Positions 45,370-54,712 of a stretch of DNA of 61,392 nucleotides are shown in pieces. The translations under genes and the position numbers were made by a program. Positions within the stretch are counted from its first letter, which is position 1. Each line of letters opens with the position of its first letter. Under the pieces are notes generated by a model that was given only the letters and a program-made list of their open reading frames with translations, was not told the DNA's origin and made no database searches. The DNA is from a virus. Taxonomy: Duplodnaviria > Caudoviricetes. The stretch covers positions 1 to 61,392 of IMG/VR virus record IMGVR_UViG_3300037483_000964. The stretch is one strand, 5' to 3'.

Positions 45370-45696
45370 ATGGCCGCGATCTCGACCGCCCTCGGCCGTC
45401 ATTGTCCGGACCACGACCGCGACATGGTACCCGGCGGCATCGGATACGTCCGCTGCCCGGTGGTGCAGTGCAGGCAATTTCGCCGCGTAGAGTGCGGCCA
45501 GTTCCTCAAGCGGATCCGCCCGCAGGGTGTCACCGTCGTTTGCAGGCGCCCCGTCGAGGTCGAGACGTGGGCTGTCGGCCCTGACGGTGAGCGGGTCTAC
45601 CATGGTGGCCGCTGCCGCCAGCACCCTGATACGGCGAGATACGGCCCCCGCGCGGGATGGTCCGTCCAGTACATCCCGCTGCCCACAGAGCCCTGA
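45370..45696 (+). CDS. Cys-rich hypothetical protein
   Basis: Early-operon ORF with several Cys. Confidence 0.5.
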   Translation: MAAISTALGRHCPDHDRDMVPGGIGYVRCPVVQCRQFRRVECGQFLKRIRPQGVTVVCRRPVEVETWAVGPDGERVYHGGRCRQHPDTARYGPRAGWSVQYIPLPTEP

Positions 45697-45699
45697 CGC

Positions 45700-46029
45700 A
45701 TGGCCGCCCGCGCGCTCGACCTGTTCGCCCATCAGCCGCCGACCGTCGGCCCGTTCCACGCGCGCGGGTCCGATACGAGCCGTGAGGCAGCCGAGAGGAT
45801 CCGGCCGACGCTTGCGATGCGGCAGGCGGCGGTCCTCGGTTGCCTCAGGGACTTCGGCCCGCAGACGGCTGAGGAGATCGCGGACCGGCTCGGACTTCCC
45901 ACCGCGTTTTTCGTGATGCCTCGGCTCACGGAGATGGCACAGATGGACCCGCCGCGCGTGCGGAAGACGGCCGACCGGCGCGTGAACCGGAGCGGCTCCA
46001 GCGCCACCGTTTGGGCTGCAATTCCATGA
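45700..46029 (+). CDS. Winged-helix protein
   Basis: SDTSREAAE..TAEEIADRLG..PRLTEM. Confidence 0.7.
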   Translation: MAARALDLFAHQPPTVGPFHARGSDTSREAAERIRPTLAMRQAAVLGCLRDFGPQTAEEIADRLGLPTAFFVMPRLTEMAQMDPPRVRKTADRRVNRSGSSATVWAAIP

Positions 46030-46223
46030 CTCGAACGGTTCGGGCGCACCCGCATGACTGGCAATGGATTCAGACCGAGGAGCGGCATCCGTTCGGTGAT
46101 TGCTACTACGCAGTCGACGTCTACCAGTGCCGCGACTGCGGGAAGTTCGTCGAGAAGCGTTCGGTCTCCGATCCGGCGCCCGGCAAATGTCCGGGTGGTC
46201 AAAACCGTTCGCCGCGAACCTGA
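46026..46223 (+). CDS. Small Zn-ribbon protein
   Basis: YQCRDCGK; ATGA coupling. Confidence 0.5.
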   Translation: MTRTVRAHPHDWQWIQTEERHPFGDCYYAVDVYQCRDCGKFVEKRSVSDPAPGKCPGGQNRSPRT

Positions 46224-46226
46224 CCG

Positions 46227-46466
46227 ATGCGCCGCTTCTTCGCTCCCCGTCCCTGCGAGCACCCGGCCTCCCGGTTGCTGGCCGTTGGTATCCCGGACCA
46301 GTGGCACATCGATACGCTCTGTCAGGCGTGCGGCAAGCGCGTGCTGATCCCGACCGGGACCGTGGTTGCCGTGGCCATCCGGGACGGCGGAATCGCCGAT
46401 CCCTGCGACCCGCACGATGTGGGTTTCGTCGCTCACGTCATGGATGTTACGCGGAGGCTCGCATGA
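46227..46466 (+). CDS. Small hypothetical protein
   Basis: CEH..CQACG; operon context. Confidence 0.45.
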   Translation: MRRFFAPRPCEHPASRLLAVGIPDQWHIDTLCQACGKRVLIPTGTVVAVAIRDGGIADPCDPHDVGFVAHVMDVTRRLA

Positions 46467-46828
46467 TGAGACAGCAATCCAGAGCCATCGATTTGCGGGA
46501 CATGGACCGGCTCCGCGAGGACGCGGCCGACGTGCTGCGGCGGGCGACGACCCGGGCCGGCAAGCGGTACGACGCTGCGACGCTGCTGCTCTCGCACTTC
46601 CGCTCACTCGCAGCCTCGCTCTGGCGGACGGACCTGCCGGGGCTCGAGACGGCGACGCTGCTGGAGGCGGAGGCGGACGCGGCGGAGGACGTCGCGGAGG
46701 TCGGCGCGCTGCTCGATGCCGAGCGCATGGCGGTCCACAGTGCTGCGCTGGAGCGCCAGATCGCGCGATCGGAAGTGCTCCTCGCGGTGCAGCGGCGGGA
46801 GCTGGCCGCCCGGCGGCGGAGCGCATGA
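46463..46828 (+). CDS. Hypothetical protein
   Basis: RBS GGAGG; ATGA coupling. Confidence 0.6.
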   Translation: MMRQQSRAIDLRDMDRLREDAADVLRRATTRAGKRYDAATLLLSHFRSLAASLWRTDLPGLETATLLEAEADAAEDVAEVGALLDAERMAVHSAALERQIARSEVLLAVQRRELAARRRSA

Positions 46829-47058
46829 GCGACCTGCTGCTCGTCCTCGGGACGCTGCTCTACGGGATGCTGTGCAGCTACCTCGCGCGGCGGGCCTACC
46901 TGTGGCAGCGGGCGGAGCAGCGCCGGACCGAGCTGGAGTGCCAGCACGTGGCCCGGATGCTGGCGGAGCACGACGCGGTCGTCGAGCGGCTGGCGCAGCA
47001 GCTCACCGAACAGGGCGCAGCGATCCTGGCGAAAGAACGACGGGGGAAGGCGGCATGA
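46825..47058 (+). CDS. Small membrane-anchored protein
   Basis: N-terminal TM segment plus coiled coil. Confidence 0.55.
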   Translation: MSDLLLVLGTLLYGMLCSYLARRAYLWQRAEQRRTELECQHVARMLAEHDAVVERLAQQLTEQGAAILAKERRGKAA

Positions 47059-47354
47059 AACCGTTGCCCGATTGGACCCGGACATGGCCCAAGGTTCCGC
47101 CGCCCACGCGCGCGGTCGAACTCGGCGGCCAGCTGTACGTGAAGCGGGGCGGTTGCTGGTACCACGGGGATGCACCCGAGCGGATGGTGGATGGCGTGCG
47201 CACTCTCCGCATCTGGGCCGTCTGCGCGCCGAAGGTCCTGTTGCGTCTGCGGCGGCTGGAGCGCCGCGGCGAAGCGGTCCCGCTCAACCCGAAGCAGAAG
47301 AAGCTGCCGCGCCGGCTGCGCAGGAAGCTCGAACGCGGACAGGTGCCCGCGTGA
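47055..47354 (+). CDS. Hypothetical basic protein
   Basis: ATGA coupling. Confidence 0.5.
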   Translation: MKPLPDWTRTWPKVPPPTRAVELGGQLYVKRGGCWYHGDAPERMVDGVRTLRIWAVCAPKVLLRLRRLERRGEAVPLNPKQKKLPRRLRRKLERGQVPA

Positions 47355-47584
47355 TCCACCACACGGAATCGCTCCGCGCGGCCGTGCGCGACCTGATAGC
47401 CGGGAGGCCGACCATGGCGGGAGTCGATGTGACGCGCGAGGAAACGGCCGAGCAATGCGCGAACTGCGGCGAGCCGGCCGTCATGGCGATCGCGTTGGGC
47501 ATACCGAGGCGAAAGGTCAGGTTTTGCCGAAAGTGTGCGATCCGGACCGGGCGGATGATGCTGGAAACGGCGCAGAGCGAATGA
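47351..47584 (+). CDS. Small Zn-finger protein
   Basis: CANC...CRKC. Confidence 0.5.
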   Translation: MIHHTESLRAAVRDLIAGRPTMAGVDVTREETAEQCANCGEPAVMAIALGIPRRKVRFCRKCAIRTGRMMLETAQSE

Positions 47585-47892
47585 CCATGAGCCCGCACCG
47601 TCACGAGGGTTCACCTACCCGAAGGCGAGGGGGGAGCACGGCCGAGAGATGCGGCCGTTGGCGGTGCGGGCCTTGAAGAAACGAACCGCCGGCGTCTCCC
47701 GCGAAGAAGCGCGCCGGCGGCCCAATACTCCTGCAACAGGAAAGGTAGGCTGACCATGAAACGAACGCAACGACGGACCCGGCGCTGGCTCGGAGTGATC
47801 CGGGGCGGCCGGCCGCAGGTGATCGACCTGCTCGCGTACCGTGCCGCGAAAGCCGCGGCGGCGGGTGCGGGCCCGGATCGGTCGAGGGCGGC

Positions 47893-49281
47893 ATGAGCGC
47901 GCCCGAGAAGAACCTGCCGGCCCGGGTCGAAGAGGCCAAGGCGCCGACGGATCACGAGATCGAGCAGATCCGGCAGCGCGGCCACGCGCTCGTCGCTCAC
48001 AAGCAGGAGGTCGGCCGCCTCTTCAAGCTGATCAGCGGGCTGGAGTGGGGCACGGGCTCGTCGATGGTAGTGCGCGGCTCCGAGATGTCGGAGGCGACGC
48101 GCTACGCGTTCGCGGAGTTCTGCAAGGTCACGAAGGCGAACCCGCTCCTGCACGTCGACGTGCTCGGCGGGAAGCCCTACCTCAACGCGAACTACTGGTC
48201 CGACCGGATCAACTCGGACCCGTTCTTCCATCACTTCGAGCAGCGGGATCTCTCGCCCTCGGTGGAGAAGGCGCTTCGGGAACGGGCGGCGCGCCACCGC
48301 GCTGTCGCGGCCGAACTCCGAGACGCTGACAAGGCCGAAGCCGGCCGGCGTCTCGCCCTGGCCCTCGACATCGAGGACGAAGCCGACCAGCTGGCGCTCG
48401 ACCGGGCGAAGTGGGGCGCACCGGAGTGGGCAACGTCGGTCGTGGAGACCCGGATCATCCGGTTCATCCAGGTCGCGCCGCTCGACTCGATCCGGAGGGG
48501 CGACGTCGCGGCGGTCGACGCGTTCCTGGTCGCTGTGCCCGAGTGCAACTGGGCCGGCAACCGGCCGCTCGCGAAGAAGAGGCGCAAAGACGGAACGGAG
48601 TACGAGTACCAGCCCGACCCGATTGGCAACGTGGAGCCGGAGAAGACGGCCCGCACCCGTTCGCTCCGTCGCGCGGCGACGCGGTCCTTCCCCGCTTGGA
48701 TGCAGGCGTACGAGGAGCAGATCCGGAAGGCGGAGGATGCGCTCGAGGCGGAATGGGAGGTACTGAAGAGCGAAGCCATCGAGGTCCGCGCCGCCCTTCC
48801 CGCAGCCAATGGCCCGCAAGCGGTCCTGATCGGCGCCGGCGAGCCCAAGGCGGCGAACGGCAACGGAGCCAAGCCGCTACCGGTTGAGGAGCCGGAGAAG
48901 CTGGTTGCGAAGCCCGCGGAGGTCCCTGCGCCCGAGAAGCCGGCGTTCGATCCCGCCGCCGCCGGCCGTGCGTTCTTCGGTGCGCTGCACGACGCGGGCG
49001 TCTCCGAGGCCGACCGGAAGAAGTGGGCGGCGGACCATGGCCTGCCTGAGTCCACGAAGGTCTGGACGGAGCAGGATCACGCGAAGGCGCTCGAGGTCCT
49101 GCTCGGGCCCGAGCGGAAGAAGCTCTCCGACGGCGCGCAGCTCGTGGGCCTGAACCCGGAGCAGCTCGCCCGCGAGCGGTTCTCGAAGGGCATGCTCGCG
49201 CTCACCATGGCGGAGCTCCGCCAGCTGAACGTCGAGATCGGGGCGCGGGCCGATGCGCAGCACGACGGCAGGCTGCTGTGA
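47893..49281 (+). CDS. Putative RecT/Red-beta-like single-strand annealing protein
   Basis: FAEFCKVTKANPLL and PEKTARTRSLRRAATRSFP resemble Bet/RecT end motifs; upstream of sbcD/sbcC. Confidence 0.55.
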   Translation: MSAPEKNLPARVEEAKAPTDHEIEQIRQRGHALVAHKQEVGRLFKLISGLEWGTGSSMVVRGSEMSEATRYAFAEFCKVTKANPLLHVDVLGGKPYLNANYWSDRINSDPFFHHFEQRDLSPSVEKALRERAARHRAVAAELRDADKAEAGRRLALALDIEDEADQLALDRAKWGAPEWATSVVETRIIRFIQVAPLDSIRRGDVAAVDAFLVAVPECNWAGNRPLAKKRRKDGTEYEYQPDPIGNVEPEKTARTRSLRRAATRSFPAWMQAYEEQIRKAEDALEAEWEVLKSEAIEVRAALPAANGPQAVLIGAGEPKAANGNGAKPLPVEEPEKLVAKPAEVPAPEKPAFDPAAAGRAFFGALHDAGVSEADRKKWAADHGLPESTKVWTEQDHAKALEVLLGPERKKLSDGAQLVGLNPEQLARERFSKGMLALTMAELRQLNVEIGARADAQHDGRLL

Positions 49282-49450
49282 AGGCGCGGAATGAGTTCAG
49301 CTCCTCGCTACGTGAAGTGATTCTCAGGGAGCTTCCGAGAGATCGACTTGCAGGCCTTCTTGAAGCCCGCACCCAACGCTCTGGTGAACCGATCGATGGA
49401 GCCACGGTTCGCCGCATGCGTGACCGCGTGCAGAACGTGGGACGGGCGAG

Positions 49451-50584
49451 ATGAAGGGTGTGGCATTGAGCGATCTTCACCTTGGTTTTCGCGCCTTCGC
49501 CGCGACGGAGAACGGGCGTAACGTCCGCGAGCAGGATGTGGAGCGCGCGTTCGCGCACGCGGTGGACCGGATCGTCGCGTACGACCCGGACCTCGTGACC
49601 GTCGCCGGCGATGTCTTTCACAATCTGCGGCCCAGCTTCCATGCCGTCCGCGCCTGGCAGCGCGGCATCGGGCGAATCGTCGAGGAGACCGCGGCTCGCG
49701 TTGTCGTGATCCTCGGAAACCACGAAGCAGCGAAGACCGCCGAGACGCTGTCTCCTGTCGTGGTCGTCGAGGACGTGCCTCGCGTCCACGTGGTCACCAT
49801 GCCGAAGCGCCTCCGGTTGAACCTGGCCAGCGGGGAGAACGTCTCCGTGGCCTCCCTCCCGTTCGTCGCGCTCGCCCAGGAGGAGACGTACCGGCTGGAC
49901 CCGGATCCGGACGCGGACGTGAACGTGCTTCTCGTTCACGCCGCCGTTCGGAGCTCCGCGATCGAGGACGACCTGCCCAGGTTCTACGCCGGCCAGACAG
50001 CGCTCGACGTCGGGCGCGAGGCCGAGCGGTGGGACGTCATCGCCGCCGGCGATTTCCATGATTTCCGGAGGCTGCATCCCACGCGGCTCGCGTTCTACTC
50101 GGGCGCGATCGAAAGGACCTCCTCGAATATCTGGCCGGAGACGGAGCCGAAGGGCGTGGTGCTCTACGACACCCAGTCCGGCCACCTCGAGCTCACGGAG
50201 ATCCCGACGCGTCCCATGCAGGACTGGCGCCTCGAGGACTTCAATCTCTTCCCGATCGGCGCCGGGCCGGACGAGGTCAACCAGGCGCTCGAGCTGCTGG
50301 TGCCGAGCGACGACGTGGCCGGCGCGATCGTCCGGCTGCGGGTCGATGACTTCCCGGCCGCGGACCGGGACCGGATCGACTGGAAGGCGGTCCGGCGGCT
50401 GAAAGAACGGTGCACGCATTTCCAGCTGGACCTCCGCTTCAGCGAGGAGTCAGCCGCTCAGGGTCTCGACCGGCGCTCGCACGTGGTACCGCTCCTCGAG
50501 CAGGCCGCGCGGTTCCTCGCCGATGAGCCGGAGGCGGTGCGTGCCCTCGCGCTTTCGTACCTCGAGGCGCGGGAGGCCGCGTGA
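49451..50584 (+). CDS. sbcD: SbcD/Mre11-like metallophosphoesterase nuclease
   Basis: SDLHLG, AGDVFH, GNHE, LLVH, AGDFH, YSGAIER. Confidence 0.9.
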   Translation: MKGVALSDLHLGFRAFAATENGRNVREQDVERAFAHAVDRIVAYDPDLVTVAGDVFHNLRPSFHAVRAWQRGIGRIVEETAARVVVILGNHEAAKTAETLSPVVVVEDVPRVHVVTMPKRLRLNLASGENVSVASLPFVALAQEETYRLDPDPDADVNVLLVHAAVRSSAIEDDLPRFYAGQTALDVGREAERWDVIAAGDFHDFRRLHPTRLAFYSGAIERTSSNIWPETEPKGVVLYDTQSGHLELTEIPTRPMQDWRLEDFNLFPIGAGPDEVNQALELLVPSDDVAGAIVRLRVDDFPAADRDRIDWKAVRRLKERCTHFQLDLRFSEESAAQGLDRRSHVVPLLEQAARFLADEPEAVRALALSYLEAREAA

Positions 50585-51165
50585 GTAATCCGGAGCGGAA
50601 TCAGCGAATTGCTGCTGCCATCGAGCGCGGGGAGCGTTATCGACTTATCGCGATCCGCTTCGGCCTGAGCCTTTCGCGGATTTCAGAGATTGCGAAGGCT
50701 CAAGGAGTCCGAAGCCCTCGAAGGCAGTCGTTGCCTCGTTCGTTGAATCCGAACTGGTCCGGCGGAAGGACCATCTCGGGGCAAGGCTACGTGATGGTCC
50801 TCATGCCGGAGCATCAGCGTGCGGGGGGCCATGGATACGTTCGAGAACACATCCTCGTCGCCGAGAAGGTATTAGGGCATTCCCTGCCGCCGGGTGCCGT
50901 AGTTCACCATATCAACAGGAATCGGGCCGACAATCAGACCACAAACCTCGTAATCTGCCAAGATTCCGCCTATCACCAACTCCTCCATCAGCGCATGGAA
51001 GCACTGGAGTTGTGCGGTAATGCCAACTTCATCCGTTGCCAACTGTGCGGCGAGTTCGACGATGCGGTACAGATGTATGTCAGGCCGAGGAAGAGACAGG
51101 GATACCACCGCCGTTGTCTGAACGCGGAGAATCGCAGACGCTACGCAATGAGGAAGGTAGCATGA
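50581..51165 (+). CDS. Free-standing HNH homing endonuclease
   Basis: NPNWSGG, YVREHILVAE, VHHINRNRADNQTTNL; lower GC. Confidence 0.9.
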   Translation: MSNPERNQRIAAAIERGERYRLIAIRFGLSLSRISEIAKAQGVRSPRRQSLPRSLNPNWSGGRTISGQGYVMVLMPEHQRAGGHGYVREHILVAEKVLGHSLPPGAVVHHINRNRADNQTTNLVICQDSAYHQLLHQRMEALELCGNANFIRCQLCGEFDDAVQMYVRPRKRQGYHRRCLNAENRRRYAMRKVA

Positions 51166-53618
51166 GACTGCGTTCAATCTCGGCTAGGAACTTCCGGCTT
51201 TTCCAGGATGTGCGCATCGAGTTGCAGTCCGGAGTTACGGGGATCGTCGGCGCCAACGGCACCGGAAAATCGACTATTCTCGAGATGGTAGCGTACGCGC
51301 TCTACGGCTCGGAGGCCACGCGCGGGACGATGGCCGGGCTCCGCTGGAAGGGCGCCGTCGGCCGGCAGATCGCGGAGGTCACGCTCGTTTTCGAGGTGGG
51401 CGGCCTCGAGTACGTGATCGACCGGGACGAGCGCGAGGCGACGCTCGCCCACCAGCCCCCTGGAGAAGGTCCCTCCGTCCTCGTTGCCCGCGGCACGTCC
51501 GCGGTGAACGCCGCTGTCCCGACGCTGCTCGGCATGTCTTACTCCGAATTCAGTGCCACCTACCTCGCCGAACAGAAGCAGTTGGCCCGCCTCGCCGCCA
51601 TGAAGCCGACCGAGCGGCAGACGTTCATGCGCGAGGTCATGGGCATCGGCCGGATCGACGAGGCACTGGCGCGCTGCCGAACGCGCAAGAACGAGCTCTG
51701 CCGGGAGGTCGCCGGCGTCCGTGAGGGCCTGGGCGAGCGGGCGCCGCTGGAGCGCGAGCAGCTGGACGCGCGGAACGCGCTCGCGGCCGCGGAATGGAAG
51801 CACGAGACCGCGAGCCTGGATGCCGCCGAACGCACGGCGACGGTGGCGAGTCTCGAGGAGCGGCTCCGCGAGTCGACGGAGCAGCAGCGCCGGCACACGG
51901 AGCTCCGCTACCGGCTCGACGAGGCGGTCCGCACGCGGGAGTACGCGCGCCAGGAGATGGAGCGGCTCGCGGCCGAGATCGACACGGCGCACGCGTCGCT
52001 CGCCCGGCTCCGGGAGGCGGAGCCCGTGCTCGGCCGGCTGCCGGCGCTCCGTCTCGAGCGGGAAGAGATGCGGGTCGCGGCCGCGCAGGCGGAGGAGCGG
52101 ACCGAGGCGTTGGCGCGGCTGCTGGCGATCGCGGACCAGCTCGCCGGCTACGAGCGGGAGCTGCAGGAGACGGACGCCGGGGCCGCGGGCTACGTCGACG
52201 GCACCGTCGAGCAGCTCGTGGCGGAGTACCGCGCGGCCGAGCGCGCGCTGCAGGCGCTCCGGACGGAGCGGGTCGGCCGGATTCGGGAGCTCCAGACTCG
52301 GGCCGCCGCAGCGCGGGACGAGATGGACCGGCTCCGCGACCGGTACGAGCGCCTGAGCACGCTCGGCGCCGCCGGCCACTGCCCGACCTGCAGCCAGGTG
52401 CTCGGCGTCCAGTTCGAGACCGTCCTCCGGTCCGTCGAGGACGAGGCGCTCGCCACGAAACGGCGGGAGACCGAGCTCCGCGCAGAGGCCGACGCCGCCG
52501 GCGTCGTGCCCGACGAGGAGATGGACCTCGAGACGGGCCTCGAGGACCTCCGGGCCCGGGGCGAGCAGGCCCGCGCGGCGCAGCAGGCCGCGGCCGTCGC
52601 GCGCGCCGGCGCCGACCAGCTTCGGGCCCGGATCCGGGAGACCGTTGAGGAGCGCGACCGGCTGCAGGCTCGGGCGTCCATGCTACGAGTGGCGGCGCCG
52701 GATCCCGGCGCCCGGACGCGCGTCGAGGCCGAGATCGCGGAGATCGAGCTGCTCGACAGCCGGCTCGGCCGTCACCGGGAGCAGGCCGGAGGTCTCCGGT
52801 CGCTCCAGGACCACCACGAGCGGCTGGCAGAGCGGGTCGACCAGGCGGGGACGCACGCCGCGGAGCTCCGGACCGAGCTCGAGCGACTGGCGTGGGATCC
52901 TGACGCCCACGCCGTGCTCGAGGCCGACACCGACCGCGTGCGCCGGGAGCGGGAGCAGGCGATCGCAGCGCGCGCAGCTGCGCGCGCCTCCGCGGCCGCG
53001 GCGACGGCCACGCTCGAGCGGGCCACTCGTGCGCTCACCGAGTACGACACGCGGGCCGCGCGGTTCGAGGCGCTCCTCGAGGACCTCCGGATCCACGAGC
53101 GGGCCGCCGACCGGCTCGACGCGTTCCGCGTCCTCACCGCCGGAGAACTCCGGCCGGAGCTCGAGGAGCTTGCGTCCGGGTTCGTCTCCCTGCTCACGGA
53201 CGGACGGCACGAGGCGGTCGTGCTGGGCGAGGACTTCTCCGTCACGCTCCACGAAGCCGGTGTCCCGCTCGAGATCGTTTCCGGCGGGACCGAGGACGTC
53301 ACTGCGATCGCGCTCCGCCTCGCGGTGAGCCAGATGATCGCCGAGCGCGCCGGTCATCCGCTCACTCTGCTGATCCTCGACGAGCCGTTCGGCTCGCTCG
53401 ACCCCGTCCGGCGGTCCAACGTTCTCGACCTGATCCGGCGGCTGAATGGCGTGTTCTCTCAGGTGGTCCTTATCAGCCACGTCGACGAAACCCGCGAAGC
53501 TGTGGACCACGTGATCGAGGTCGAGTACGACGAAGCACGCGGCGTGAGCCGCGTGCGGCAATCGGCGGGTGCCGACGAATCCCCGGCGCCGGCGCCCGCC
53601 GCGGCGGAGGCGGCCTGA
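51162..53618 (+). CDS. sbcC: SbcC/Rad50-like SMC ATPase
   Basis: GANGTGKS, CPTC zinc hook, VSGG signature, LILDEPFGSLD, ISH. Confidence 0.95.
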   Translation: MRLRSISARNFRLFQDVRIELQSGVTGIVGANGTGKSTILEMVAYALYGSEATRGTMAGLRWKGAVGRQIAEVTLVFEVGGLEYVIDRDEREATLAHQPPGEGPSVLVARGTSAVNAAVPTLLGMSYSEFSATYLAEQKQLARLAAMKPTERQTFMREVMGIGRIDEALARCRTRKNELCREVAGVREGLGERAPLEREQLDARNALAAAEWKHETASLDAAERTATVASLEERLRESTEQQRRHTELRYRLDEAVRTREYARQEMERLAAEIDTAHASLARLREAEPVLGRLPALRLEREEMRVAAAQAEERTEALARLLAIADQLAGYERELQETDAGAAGYVDGTVEQLVAEYRAAERALQALRTERVGRIRELQTRAAAARDEMDRLRDRYERLSTLGAAGHCPTCSQVLGVQFETVLRSVEDEALATKRRETELRAEADAAGVVPDEEMDLETGLEDLRARGEQARAAQQAAAVARAGADQLRARIRETVEERDRLQARASMLRVAAPDPGARTRVEAEIAEIELLDSRLGRHREQAGGLRSLQDHHERLAERVDQAGTHAAELRTELERLAWDPDAHAVLEADTDRVRREREQAIAARAAARASAAAATATLERATRALTEYDTRAARFEALLEDLRIHERAADRLDAFRVLTAGELRPELEELASGFVSLLTDGRHEAVVLGEDFSVTLHEAGVPLEIVSGGTEDVTAIALRLAVSQMIAERAGHPLTLLILDEPFGSLDPVRRSNVLDLIRRLNGVFSQVVLISHVDETREAVDHVIEVEYDEARGVSRVRQSAGADESPAPAPAAAEAA

Positions 53619-53619
53619 C

Positions 53620-53991
53620 ATGGCGCGCCTGACCGAGGCCCAGGTCCGAGGATACCGTAGCCTCGTGCGAATAGGCAAGTTCACCGCCGCTGCCTGCGCG
53701 CGCATCGCCGGCGTCCCTGCCCGGACGATGCAGTACGCGGTCCGGGGCAGCTCCTGGCGGCGCGTGCCCGGCGCCGTCCGCTTCGATGGCCGGAACCGCT
53801 GGCTCCGTGGCCAGCGTTCGCCCAACCACAAGCTCACGGAAACGCAGGTGCACGAGATCCGGGCGCTCGCGGGCCTGCCGCGGGTGGACGTCGCGCGGGC
53901 CTACGACGTGTGCGCCAGGACCGTGCAGCTCATCCAGGAGCGGCGGGCGTGGGCGTGGCTGGCGGAGCGCGATGGCGAAGACGCTGCATGA
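53620..53991 (+). CDS. HTH protein resembling HNH-associated DNA-binding domains
   Basis: Duplicated LTEAQVR/KLTETQVHEIR..VARAYDV motifs. Confidence 0.6.
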   Translation: MARLTEAQVRGYRSLVRIGKFTAAACARIAGVPARTMQYAVRGSSWRRVPGAVRFDGRNRWLRGQRSPNHKLTETQVHEIRALAGLPRVDVARAYDVCARTVQLIQERRAWAWLAERDGEDAA

Positions 53992-54712
53992 CGAGTACTC
54001 GGAGGCGCTCGCCGCGGCGCGCGCGCGGCAGGAAGCCCAGGCGATCGAGCGGAGCGCCCGGGTCGCGCTCCGGGCCTGCGGCTGGGCCGCGGACCGCGAG
54101 CAGCTGGAGGCCTGGGCTGACAAGCTGTCACCGGCCCGCCGTGCGGCCGTGGTCGAGCAGGCGCTCCGGATGCAGGCGGAGCAGGCGGGCCCGGAGAGAC
54201 GCTACACGCGAGAGGAACGAGAGGCCTACATGGCGATGACGACGCTACCGAAGGAAACCCGTGACGCGATCCGGGAGTTCGTGCGGAAGCGGCGTACCCA
54301 GGAGCCAAGCGTCCGCGCGAGCGAGTTGCTGACCGACGTCAACCGCCAGTTCAAGACGCAGATCCGTATGGACAATTTCTACGTCTCCTATTTCGGCGGG
54401 AAGGCGAGTCGATTCCGCGCGGAATCAGAGCGGCAGCCGGGTCGAGCCGCGGGACCTCTCCCCACGGGCGGCGTTGCGACCGCTCCGGCCGTGGCCCCGG
54501 CTGTCGCGTCTCCCAACGGGGGCACGCCAACTCCCCCTTCTGCGCCCGGTGGGAGTTCAGTGGTGGATCCGCTCAAGCTCGGACCCATCCACGTGATCAC
54601 CGTAGGCCGGGGCCAGCTCCGCGTCCTCATCGACTACACCGGCCCGACCCCGACCGTGTTCGCCCTCGTTGCCGCGGCCGCGGCCGTGCTGGCAGAGCGG
54701 GAGGTAGCATGA
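53972..54712 (+). CDS. Hypothetical protein
   Basis: Long ORF in the operon, coupled to parB. Confidence 0.55.
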   Translation: MAKTLHDEYSEALAAARARQEAQAIERSARVALRACGWAADREQLEAWADKLSPARRAAVVEQALRMQAEQAGPERRYTREEREAYMAMTTLPKETRDAIREFVRKRRTQEPSVRASELLTDVNRQFKTQIRMDNFYVSYFGGKASRFRAESERQPGRAAGPLPTGGVATAPAVAPAVASPNGGTPTPPSAPGGSSVVDPLKLGPIHVITVGRGQLRVLIDYTGPTPTVFALVAAAAAVLAEREVA

